From Candidatus Nomurabacteria bacterium (GTDB taxonomy: Bacteria; Patescibacteriota; Minisyncoccia; Phycocordibacterales; UBA9973), in NCBI GenBank assembly GCA_028286485.1, contig JAQBRM010000007.1:1-49600 (forward strand): DNA of 49,600 nt. Reading direction: 5' to 3'. Position 1 is the first letter of the stretch. Every line of letters starts with the position of its first letter. A program made the translations under genes and the position numbers. Below, piece after piece: positions 33,326-41,669 of this stretch. The notes beneath the pieces were generated by a model. The model was not told the origin of the DNA. It did no database searches and saw nothing but the letters and a program-made list of their open reading frames with translations.

Positions 33326-34435
33326 TTACACTTTCTTTTCATATCTTGAAACATTAAGCACAATGCCGGAGGCGAAGAGGGCGATGAAGAGTGAGGTGCC
33401 GCCTTGGGAAATGAAGACGAGCGGCACGCCGGTTAAAGGGAAAAGGCCGACGAGTGAGGCCATGTTGAGGAAGGATTGGGCCACGAGCGTGGTGACGATG
33501 CCGATGACGAGGTACTGGCCGAAGGCGTCGCGGGATTGCATGGCAATCTTGTAGCCGCGGATGGCCAGGAAGACATACAGCACCACCAGCAACGCGCTGC
33601 CGATGAAGCCGAACTCTTCGCCGATCACCGCATAGATGGAGTCGCCTTGCGGTTCCGGCAAGTAGTTGAACTTCTGCACACTCTGGCCCAATCCCCGTCC
33701 CATAATACCGCCCGAACCGATGGCGATAAGGCCCTGCTGTAATTGATACGACGAACCCTGCGCGTCGCTCGAAGGATTGATGTATGTCTTGATGCGGTTC
33801 ATGAGGTACGGGCGGAAGAGTGCCAAGACAATGACCCCCATCAATCCCACCACTACAATGCCAATGATTTTTTTCCATGACACGCCCGAGACAAACAGCA
33901 TGGCACTGGCGGAGGCAGTAATCAGAATAAGACTCTTGGTATCCGGCTGCACCAATAAGACTCCCGCCACTACTCCTAATAATATGGCGAACGGCAAGAG
34001 CTTGTATTTGAATTCTTCATGCTGATTTTTGGTCCAAGCCAGCCATGCCGCAAAGTAGATTACAAAGCCGATTTTCAAAATCTCCGCCGGCTGAAAAGAA
34101 ACATGCGCGATGGAGATCCAGCGACGCGCGCCGCCATGGGCAAAACCGAGGTGGGGCACGAACACTGCGGCTGTTAATCCCAACGTTATGATGAAAATTG
34201 CCAAGGCGTGATTGCGCCAAAAGTGATACGGCACTTTGATGGCCAGCCATAGACCAGCCAAGCCGCCGATGAAGCCGAGCACTATTTGCCCGAACAAGAG
34301 GCCGTAAAACTTCGCGGTACTCTGGGCCAAGACTCCCAATGAAGCAGACACGAAAGCAAAAATGCCAATGAAGGTGATGAGCAGCACGATACCGAAGAAG
34401 TATGTATCAAATTGTTTTGGTTTTACCACTACCAT
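33326..34435 (-). CDS. ftsW: SEDS-family peptidoglycan glycosyltransferase FtsW
   Basis: 369 aa polytopic protein with SEDS-like motifs (FQPAEILKI, LQPDTKS, PEPQGDSIYAVIGEEFGFIG). It lies between mraY and murG. Confidence 0.85.
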   Translation of the reverse strand: MVVVKPKQFDTYFFGIVLLITFIGIFAFVSASLGVLAQSTAKFYGLLFGQIVLGFIGGLAGLWLAIKVPYHFWRNHALAIFIITLGLTAAVFVPHLGFAHGGARRWISIAHVSFQPAEILKIGFVIYFAAWLAWTKNQHEEFKYKLLPFAILLGVVAGVLLVQPDTKSLILITASASAMLFVSGVSWKKIIGIVVVGLMGVIVLALFRPYLMNRIKTYINPSSDAQGSSYQLQQGLIAIGSGGIMGRGLGQSVQKFNYLPEPQGDSIYAVIGEEFGFIGSALLVVLYVFLAIRGYKIAMQSRDAFGQYLVIGIVTTLVAQSFLNMASLVGLFPLTGVPLVFISQGGTSLFIALFASGIVLNVSRYEKKV

Positions 34436-34436
34436 G

Positions 34437-35504
34437 TTACTTGCTGATCAAGGTAATGACTACGCCGATAATAGCCGCGATGATCGACACTACCCAGTAC
34501 CGCATCACGACTTTTTCACGAGACCAGCCCATGGCGCGGAAGTGATGATGCAGGGGAGCGATTTTGAATACACGACGATGACCGCAATATTTATAGCTGA
34601 TAACCTGCAAAATGACGGATACTGTGGTAGCGGTCAATGGCAATGCGATCAATGGCAATAGCAACACCGTATTGGTCAAAAAGGCGATAACCGTCAGCAC
34701 CACCGTCAAGCCAATCATGCCTGTCTCCCCCATGTAAAATCGAGCCGGGGGAATATTGAACCACAGAAAGGCCAGGATGCCGCCGGAAATAACGCCGCAC
34801 AAGGCGCCGATATCTATTTGCTGCTGTCCCACTGCAATGACGGCATAGGCCGCAAAGACAATGGCCAAGACTCCGCCGGCCAAGCCATCAAGCCCATCGA
34901 TAACTGAGGTGGAAAATACTCCTAGCAATACAATGATGAAAAATGGGATAAAAAAGACGCCGAAATTGAAAAGCGGATGAACGAAAGGAATGGAAATGCC
35001 GCTCACGCCCAGTTTGAAATAAAACCATGATCCTACCACCGCGCCGATAATAGTGATCAAACCTATCTTGATCCACCGGTTACCCAAGACATCGCTCGAC
35101 ATCTCGCCGATCGAGCCTTTGACTTGCAGCAAGTCATCGATCAAGCCAATGATGGAACCGAACAGCAATGCCCCGAGCGGCACGACGGTTTGGTTCTTGC
35201 TGAAGAAGTCCAACTTCTGGGAAAGATCGGAGGGAAAGACTTTTGAAATAATCCACATGAGGGAAATACAGATCAATACGGACAGCCAAATGATGACGCC
35301 GCCGACACGTGGCGTGGCAATTTCCGCCGCTCCGTCGTGTACTTTGGAAAATTCAGTATTGGTAATATCGGACTCTTGGGCTCGGTTATTTTTTTTCCAT
35401 AGCTTATGCTTATACATGAGAGAGGTAAGACGCGGGGTAATTAAAATACCGATGATGAAGGCCAAGGTAGTGGGCAGGAAAATTTTAATGGCGTTGATCA
35501 TCAT
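34437..35504 (-). CDS. mraY: Phospho-N-acetylmuramoyl-pentapeptide transferase MraY
   Basis: 355 aa with MraY motifs (GLIDDLLQV, VIDGLDGLAGG, FYMGETG, APLHHHF). Confidence 0.95.
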   Translation of the reverse strand: MMINAIKIFLPTTLAFIIGILITPRLTSLMYKHKLWKKNNRAQESDITNTEFSKVHDGAAEIATPRVGGVIIWLSVLICISLMWIISKVFPSDLSQKLDFFSKNQTVVPLGALLFGSIIGLIDDLLQVKGSIGEMSSDVLGNRWIKIGLITIIGAVVGSWFYFKLGVSGISIPFVHPLFNFGVFFIPFFIIVLLGVFSTSVIDGLDGLAGGVLAIVFAAYAVIAVGQQQIDIGALCGVISGGILAFLWFNIPPARFYMGETGMIGLTVVLTVIAFLTNTVLLLPLIALPLTATTVSVILQVISYKYCGHRRVFKIAPLHHHFRAMGWSREKVVMRYWVVSIIAAIIGVVITLISK

Positions 35505-36013
35505 AGCAGTGCGTCGATTTTATTTTTTGTTTCCGCGTACTGCGGCAATGCTTCAATGGAAGCTACGCCATAGGACTCAAGTAATTCTACGGTCGGATGA
35601 TAGGTCATGCTGCGGCCGTTATTTTTTGTCTCAATCAATCCCCTGATCTGCAATGCGCGTAATGAATATGAGGCATTCACGCCGCGAATCAATTCTATTT
35701 CCGCCTTAGTCGCCCCCGGATGATACACCACCACTGCCAGCGTTTCGGCACTGGCCTTACTGAGGTCTTTTTGCAATTCTTCCTTGCGTAATGCTTCCAA
35801 TATCATACTGTGGTCTGGACGGGTAGCCAGCGTTACCACCTCACCTTGTCGCACCAGCATCATGGCGTGGTCGGCCAATGAGGATTCCAACACAGCCAGG
35901 GCTTCCGTGATTTCTCCCGCAGAAACATTCAAGAGTTTTGCCAAGGAAGTTACTGAATACGGTTCAGCGGTGACAAAGAGGATGGCTTCGATTGTTTGAG
36001 AAAGGCTAGGCAT
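35501..36013 (-). CDS. scpB: Segregation and condensation protein B
   Basis: The ScpB-like N-terminus is IEAILFVTAEPYSVTSLAKLL. I chose the ATG at 36013 (MPSLSQ), giving an 8-nt overlap with scpA. The track TTG is at 36061. Confidence 0.85.
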   Translation of the reverse strand: MPSLSQTIEAILFVTAEPYSVTSLAKLLNVSAGEITEALAVLESSLADHAMMLVRQGEVVTLATRPDHSMILEALRKEELQKDLSKASAETLAVVVYHPGATKAEIELIRGVNASYSLRALQIRGLIETKNNGRSMTYHPTVELLESYGVASIEALPQYAETKNKIDALL

Positions 36014-36734
36014 GTTTTTGTAAGGTGATGTCTTCAAACAATTCGTTTTGTTCGGCGGCAACCAAGCCGCGTCGTACCAGCTCTAGCATACCAAGAAAAG
36101 ACACGATCGTGTAGACCTTCTGGCTGCGCTCATCCATATCGGGAGATGCCACGCGGATGGCATTGAAGCTGGTGTGCATGGCATGCTCGATGCGTTCTTG
36201 CAACGTGTTCAAGACTTCCGCAATCGATATGGTCTTGAATATGCGAGCCTCCGGCTTCTTCGGTTCAACCGGCGGAATACGGCCGATGATATCATCGATC
36301 AATTTCGGGAGTTGCTCAACGGGTAATTTCTCATCCGGTGCAAAAACGACGCCGGTCAATCGCCGTACCCCTTCAAAGGAAACTTTTTTGTTGTACTGCC
36401 GTATCAGCTCACCGGAGATATGGCTGATAATCTGATAGAGCGCCACGCGTCGTTCCAAATCCCCGATCGATTCACTCTCTTCCGCTGTCAGCTCGATGTT
36501 GGGCAACAAGGATCGGGCTTTGATCAAAATCAGTGTCGCGGCCACTGCCAAGAAATTCGCCGCTTCTCCCGGCTGCATCCCGACCGTCTGCATGTACTGG
36601 ATGAAATCGTCCGTCACCGATGCCAATGACACGTCATTCACGAACAACTTCCGCTTCTCGATCAACTCCAACAGCACCTCCACCGGTCCTTCAAACACTT
36701 CCTGTTTTACTTTGAATACAACCTCGGTTTCCAC
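36006..36734 (-). CDS. scpA: Segregation and condensation protein A
   Basis: 242 aa with a kleisin-like N-terminus (FEGPVEVLLELIEKRKLFVNDVSLASVTDDFIQYM). Confidence 0.85.
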   Translation of the reverse strand: METEVVFKVKQEVFEGPVEVLLELIEKRKLFVNDVSLASVTDDFIQYMQTVGMQPGEAANFLAVAATLILIKARSLLPNIELTAEESESIGDLERRVALYQIISHISGELIRQYNKKVSFEGVRRLTGVVFAPDEKLPVEQLPKLIDDIIGRIPPVEPKKPEARIFKTISIAEVLNTLQERIEHAMHTSFNAIRVASPDMDERSQKVYTIVSFLGMLELVRRGLVAAEQNELFEDITLQKHA

Positions 36735-36736
36735 GA

Positions 36737-38161
36737 TTATTGCTTTGGTTTTTTTAATACGATGTGCAATTCATCAATCTGTTTGTCAGAAATTGTTGAA
36801 GGTGCATTCATCATCGGATCCCTGCCCTCACCGGTTTTTGGAAAAGCCATGACTTCGCGGATATTGGCTTCGTTCAGGAGCAGCATCATGAGACGATCAA
36901 AGCCCCACGCAATACCGCCATGTGGGGGTGTGCCGACTTTAAAGGCTTGCAGCATATGGCCGAAATCTTTTTCAATAGCCTCCGCTTCATGACCGAGCAA
37001 TTCGAAGACTTTTGAAAGTGCTTCAAAAGAATGGTTACGGATGGAACCGCCGCCGATTTCAAAGCCGTTCAGACAAATATCGTACTGGGTGGTCAAAATA
37101 TTACCCACCGCTTCTTTATTCATGAGGTTATCCATATGCTCTTCAATCGGTCGAGAAAATGGGTTATGCGTATAGGTCCATTGTCCTTGGGCGTCAGGGT
37201 TGTCACTCTTGCTGGTTGATTCAAAAAATGGGAAGTCTATCACCCAACAAAATGCCAAGAGATTCGGATCATTTTTATCTTCGCGAATATCGGGACGATC
37301 GTTGCCATATTTTTCCATTGCATCCTTGTATGAAATACGAGGAAATGGGAGTTGTTGAATCTTTTTCTCAGGAAATAACTTAGTCACCATGTTAATAAGG
37401 AGTGCTTCATTTGTCTGCATGACATCTTCACGAGTAACGAAGCTCATTTCCATGTCGAGCTGGGTGAATTCCGGCTGGCGATCCCCTCGCCCGTCTTCAT
37501 CACGCATGCATTTTGCAAATTGAAAATATCGTTCCATGCCCGCAGTCATCAGAAGCTGCTTGTACTGCTGAGGAGATTGCGGCAAGGCATAAAAATTTCC
37601 CGGATAGACACGAGAAGGAACCACATAGTCGCGCGCTCCTTCCGGAGTCGACTTGGTCAGCATCGGTGTTTCCACTTCGATGAATTTCCGCTCATGTAAA
37701 AAATCGCGGATGTATTTCTGTACCTCGTCGCGCTTGCGCATGTTACGTTGCATGCGAACACTGCGGAGATCAAGGTAGCGATGTTTCAAACGCACTTCCT
37801 CGTTCACATCCACCGTATCGATGTTGATTTCAAACGGTAACGGTTCCGCCTTGTTCAAGATAGTCAGGGCGGTAATTTCCAGCTCAATATCTCCGTTCTG
37901 TTTATCAGCTTGCACATTACGTTCCGGACGCTTGTTCACCATACCCTCCACAACTATCACTGATTCCGGGCGGGCATCCTTCACCGCCTCGGCCATTTCA
38001 GCCGCCCGATTGGGCAATACGACTCCTTGGATATAGCCCGTCATATCGCGAAAATCAAAAAAGACCATTTTGCCCTGATCTCGACGTACATCAATCCATC
38101 CTTTCAATAAAACAGTTTCGCCCGCGTGCTGCCCCGTTTCTCCAATATATGTTCGTTCCAT
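36737..38161 (-). CDS. aspS: Aspartate--tRNA ligase, bacterial-type core without the GAD insertion domain
   Basis: 474 aa with class II motifs (FRDEDxRxDRQPEFTQLDMEMSF-like, GGGSIR, GIAWGFDRL). The sequence DRPDIREDKNDPNLLAFCWVIDFPFFE joins directly where bacterial AspRS normally carries the GAD domain. Confidence 0.9.
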   Translation of the reverse strand: MERTYIGETGQHAGETVLLKGWIDVRRDQGKMVFFDFRDMTGYIQGVVLPNRAAEMAEAVKDARPESVIVVEGMVNKRPERNVQADKQNGDIELEITALTILNKAEPLPFEINIDTVDVNEEVRLKHRYLDLRSVRMQRNMRKRDEVQKYIRDFLHERKFIEVETPMLTKSTPEGARDYVVPSRVYPGNFYALPQSPQQYKQLLMTAGMERYFQFAKCMRDEDGRGDRQPEFTQLDMEMSFVTREDVMQTNEALLINMVTKLFPEKKIQQLPFPRISYKDAMEKYGNDRPDIREDKNDPNLLAFCWVIDFPFFESTSKSDNPDAQGQWTYTHNPFSRPIEEHMDNLMNKEAVGNILTTQYDICLNGFEIGGGSIRNHSFEALSKVFELLGHEAEAIEKDFGHMLQAFKVGTPPHGGIAWGFDRLMMLLLNEANIREVMAFPKTGEGRDPMMNAPSTISDKQIDELHIVLKKPKQ

Positions 38162-38201
38162 AATCCCCTTATTCTACCTGAAAAAGGGCGATATTAAAAG
38201 C

Positions 38202-38660
38202 CTAATGCAGGAAATTCAACTTTGGATTTCTGAGATAGTTATTTTCCACTTTTTCCAATCGTGTATCGATGTTTTCCATCCTATATTCCACACGCTCTAG
38301 CCGATTCTCAATTTTATCAAATCGATCATCCATGCTGTCAAAACGCCGACCAACTGCTTCAAATTCTTTAGCAGTAATAATAGCCAGTTCTTCAACCTTT
38401 TCATCTATTTTTTGTAATAAGTTTGTTTCTACAGCTTCTATTTTAGCTAATAATTTTGTTTCAACGCCGTCTATTTTAGCAGTCAGCTCAGTTCTCACAC
38501 TATGAACTTCTGCTCCCAGTCCATCAATTTTAGTTAATAATATTGTTTCAACACCATCTATTTTTTGATCCAACTGTTTGTTTTGCGCTCCAAGCCCAAT
38601 GATCATTTCAGCCAGATCTTCATTCGTGACGTCTTTTTTGGTTGGTTTGGTACTACTCAT
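38202..38660 (-). CDS. Hypothetical coiled-coil protein with 11-residue repeats
   Basis: 152 aa with repeats KIDGVETILLT / KIDGVETKLLA / KIEAVETNLLQ / KIDEKVEELAI. I see no TM segment and recognise no family. Confidence 0.55.
   Translation of the reverse strand: MSSTKPTKKDVTNEDLAEMIIGLGAQNKQLDQKIDGVETILLTKIDGLGAEVHSVRTELTAKIDGVETKLLAKIEAVETNLLQKIDEKVEELAIITAKEFEAVGRRFDSMDDRFDKIENRLERVEYRMENIDTRLEKVENNYLRNPKLNFLH
38391..38564 (-). repeat. Intragenic tandem ~33-nt (11-aa) repeats
   Basis: The DNA repeats GTTTCAAC(G/A)CC(G/A)TCTATTTT-type units. They encode the KIDGVET-x-LL-x units at protein residues 33-90. Confidence 0.6.
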
Positions 38661-38712
38661 GACCAGAGTATAGCATGTGACATATCAAGAAAAACCAAAG
38701 ATTTTCTAAAGA

Positions 38713-38741
38713 TTGACTTTAATTAAAAATCGTTATATAAT
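38713..38741 (+). promoter_or_regulatory. Near-consensus sigma70 promoter for the ABC exporter at 38777
   Basis: TTGACT (38713-38718) is followed by 17 nt and TATAAT (38736-38741). The start codon lies 35 nt downstream. Confidence 0.55.
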
Positions 38742-38776
38742 ATAGAAAATTTCACTCATTCATTAAAAATTTAAGT

Positions 38777-40603
38777 ATGAAAAAAGAACTCACTTCTAGT
38801 ATTTCCCTTCTACGGCGAATAGTTTCATTTGCGAAACCCTTTCGAAAACCTCTTATTACCATCTTTATATGTATTTGCGCTGTAACCATAATTGATGCTG
38901 CAAACAGCTTCTGGTTCAGTCAAATATTTAACTTAGTTCAAAAACACGGTACATCTCCACAACTTCTCCCCAAAGCATTAATGTTTATAGGGATAGCGGT
39001 AGTATTTGCTTTTGTTCGCATAGGGGTGGTAAGCAAGCAAACTAAAACAAAGATCAAACATATTGACCTGTCGGTTATGAATCATCTTAACCACGAGTCA
39101 ATTAAAAAATTCTTTTCGTTTTCAAACGGTCAACACATTAATGAGCATTCCGGGGTAAAACAAAATGTTGTAAACACCGGGACCAACTCCATTAAAAGCC
39201 AAATGGATCTATTATTTTTCAAGTTATTCCCTACTATCACTCAGTTTATAGTAGCGCTTGGAATTTTGCTGTATTGCAGCCTGTGGATCGGGACTATTTT
39301 TATTCTAATCGGAATAGTTTTTTGTTTGATGATGAATCGCATAAACAAAAGACTTGTTCCGGGAGTAAGGAAAATAAGAGATCGCGCTCAATTAAATTCC
39401 CGCCTTATCTCAGAGTTATACCGTTGTGTTACCTCGGTAAAACTTGAAAGTCAGGAAGAGCGATCCCTTGATGAGCTGACAGCGGTACAACAACAGCACC
39501 AGCTAATATCAATGGAAACATGGCTTCCTGCTTTGAAATCACTTACCAAGGTACGTTCCGTGGTGGTGGTGATACGATTTGCGGCCTTGTTTTTGGTTGT
39601 GTATCTTGTTTTTCAAAAACAATTCAGCATGGGGGCAATGTTTCTAGTGTTTACTTATTCAAATACATTTCTCAGTAATTTATGGGATTTCATGGATATG
39701 CATAAGCAGTTCCTGATCGATCGCATTAATATTGAAAGGTATTTTGAACTACTCGAGGTAGAGCCTGACATTGTCATTGTTGAAAACCCTATTAAACTGA
39801 AAAGATTGTACGGGAAGATTGAATTCAAAAATGTTTCTTTCTATTACCCACAACGAGTTAAGTCCTATGAAAATGTAGAGTACTTGCAGGAAGATGAGTT
39901 GCAAAATGATGCCATATTAAAATCGGTTTCATTTGTAATCAATGCCGGCGAAAAGGTTGGTATTGTAGGAGAATCGGGATCAGGTAAATCAACATTGGTA
40001 AATCTGATCAGGCGGTCGTTTGACGCCCAAGAAGGTCAAATTTTAATCGATGGCCACGATCTTCGCTTGCTTGATTTAGGGTTATTCTTAGAACATGTAG
40101 GCAATGTCGAGCAAGAGGTGGTTATTTTCGATCGTTCCATCAGGGATAATATTACGTTCGGGTTAAACAGCCGAACAAAAGCAATCACTCAGGAAAAATT
40201 AGAAAAAATCACTGAAATTGCCCGCGTGAATGCTTTCTTCCCTCGCCTTGAACATGGCTTTGATACCATGGTGGGAGAAAAGGGATTTAAACTATCCGGC
40301 GGTGAACGTCAGCGTGTTGGGATTGCGCGAGCTCTCGCAAAGGATCCCAGCCTCATTATTTTTGATGAGGCAACTTCTTCACTTGATGCAGTGAGCGAAC
40401 GTCTCGTTCAGGAAGCAATTGATGAAGCCTGTAAAGGTAAGACAGCGATTGTTATTGCCCATCGCCTTTCTACGGTAAAAAATTGTGACCGTATTCTGGT
40501 TTTCCGTTATGGTGTCCTTCTAGCCCAAGGAACACACGACGAACTGTTAACCGACTGCGAGTATTATGCTGAGCTGGTTCAGCATCAAATGATAACCGCT
40601 TGA
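38777..40603 (+). CDS. ABC exporter, fused TMD-NBD (paralogue 1)
   Basis: 608 aa with Walker A (GESGSGKST), signature (LSGGERQR) and Walker B (IIFDEAT). It shares the GQHINEHSGVKQ motif and an acidic NBD insert with the 41670-43469 protein. Confidence 0.9.
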   Translation: MKKELTSSISLLRRIVSFAKPFRKPLITIFICICAVTIIDAANSFWFSQIFNLVQKHGTSPQLLPKALMFIGIAVVFAFVRIGVVSKQTKTKIKHIDLSVMNHLNHESIKKFFSFSNGQHINEHSGVKQNVVNTGTNSIKSQMDLLFFKLFPTITQFIVALGILLYCSLWIGTIFILIGIVFCLMMNRINKRLVPGVRKIRDRAQLNSRLISELYRCVTSVKLESQEERSLDELTAVQQQHQLISMETWLPALKSLTKVRSVVVVIRFAALFLVVYLVFQKQFSMGAMFLVFTYSNTFLSNLWDFMDMHKQFLIDRINIERYFELLEVEPDIVIVENPIKLKRLYGKIEFKNVSFYYPQRVKSYENVEYLQEDELQNDAILKSVSFVINAGEKVGIVGESGSGKSTLVNLIRRSFDAQEGQILIDGHDLRLLDLGLFLEHVGNVEQEVVIFDRSIRDNITFGLNSRTKAITQEKLEKITEIARVNAFFPRLEHGFDTMVGEKGFKLSGGERQRVGIARALAKDPSLIIFDEATSSLDAVSERLVQEAIDEACKGKTAIVIAHRLSTVKNCDRILVFRYGVLLAQGTHDELLTDCEYYAELVQHQMITA

Positions 40604-40610
40604 GTTAGTA

Positions 40611-40641
40611 AGCTCCGACATATTAAAGTCGGAGCTTTTTT
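40611..40641 (+). terminator. Rho-independent terminator
   Basis: AGCTCCGAC (40611-40619) pairs with GTCGGAGCT (40628-40636). A T-run follows. Confidence 0.75.
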
Positions 40642-40660
40642 AATATATACTACATACTAT

Positions 40661-40966
40661 ATGCAAATACCCGAAAATGGCTTCTACTATCATTATAAGC
40701 ACGACGAATCAAAAGGGTTCAATGACCATGCATATGAAATCACCGGCATTGTTCGCCATTCCGAAGACGGCACATTGTTGGCAACCTATACTCCCTTATT
40801 TGAAACTGATTGGCTGTCCCCTGCCACCCAATGCGTCCGCCCCATCGAACTGTTTTTTGACAAGGTGATGGTGGAAGGCGTATCGCTCCCTCATTTCGTA
40901 AAAATCACCGATCTGGAAATTATTGCCAAGCTGCAAGAGTATAAAAATACGATATCTTCCAAGTAA
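40661..40966 (+). CDS. DUF1653-family protein
   Basis: 101 aa. The segment GFYYHYKHD...HAYEITGIVRHSEDGTLLATYTPLF resembles the DUF1653 core (YRHYKG..YEV...A.HSET). This is recalled from memory and was not searched. Confidence 0.65.
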   Translation: MQIPENGFYYHYKHDESKGFNDHAYEITGIVRHSEDGTLLATYTPLFETDWLSPATQCVRPIELFFDKVMVEGVSLPHFVKITDLEIIAKLQEYKNTISSK

Positions 40967-40995
40967 AAAAATAAACCCCATATGAGGGGGTTTAT
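40965..40995. terminator. Hairpin between convergent genes (better U-tail on the minus strand)
   Basis: AAACCCC (40973-40979) pairs with GGGGTTT (40987-40993). An A-run lies on the left flank. Confidence 0.5.
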
Positions 40996-41002
40996 GTGGA
41001 AC

Positions 41003-41602
41003 TTATTGCTTCGTAGCAATTACGACAATCTCATGCCTGACTCCATAGTTGGTCTTTCCGCCTTTCACCGGCTGAAGCGGCAGTTCTCTCAGTGCTATTA
41101 TTTTAAAACCATTTTCTTCATACAAATGCACGAGCTGGGGTTTTGAATAATGAATAGGTCGAAAGGTATCTCCCTTACTGGCCCATACTGCACAAAATAT
41201 TCCATGAAAGGTTAAAGATCGCTCAATCTTACTCATTATGGTCTGAGCAATATCCTTCGGAGTATTCGCTATGGTCTTGCCATAAATGAAATCGAATAAT
41301 GATAGTGGGAATTCGTAGTGCTGAAATTCCATTTGAACTCTTTCAAGGCGATCGTCCGATATGGGAATGACTTCTTCATCGAACAATGCTTGATTTGCAT
41401 CCACAACGGTAACGTTTGAAAAGTTTGCCGATTCCAATAAATATTTTGATTGAATCAACGAGACATCTCCCAAAACCAAGGCTTTGTTTCTGTTCCGCAA
41501 TAATGATAATGAAGTGGTCATTGGCGAGTTCACCCGTATACTCTCGTGATCAGCTGAAGATGTTGATTGCCGCTTCTGGGCCACTGCTGTTTGTGTTTCC
41601 AT
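41003..41602 (-). CDS. Class I methyltransferase-fold-like protein with degenerate SAM-binding motif I (tentative)
   Basis: 199 aa. ALVLGDVSL sits where VLDLGCGxG is expected. VTVVDAN resembles the post-I motif and FDFIYG resembles motif II. This is a low-confidence fold call. Confidence 0.35.
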   Translation of the reverse strand: METQTAVAQKRQSTSSADHESIRVNSPMTTSLSLLRNRNKALVLGDVSLIQSKYLLESANFSNVTVVDANQALFDEEVIPISDDRLERVQMEFQHYEFPLSLFDFIYGKTIANTPKDIAQTIMSKIERSLTFHGIFCAVWASKGDTFRPIHYSKPQLVHLYEENGFKIIALRELPLQPVKGGKTNYGVRHEIVVIATKQ

Positions 41603-41669
41603 GGTATTTGTTTTTTAAAATGTAGATTTAAAAAACTATATCACGGGTGTGGTAAAAATCAATACCTTC

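Noticed and set aside
32341-34250. Alternative-frame and antisense ORFs inside murG and ftsW (for example 32824-33234 and 33354-33878)
   Set aside because: Their products are Arg/Pro/His-rich, which is typical of off-frame translation. The murG and ftsW frames carry the family motifs.
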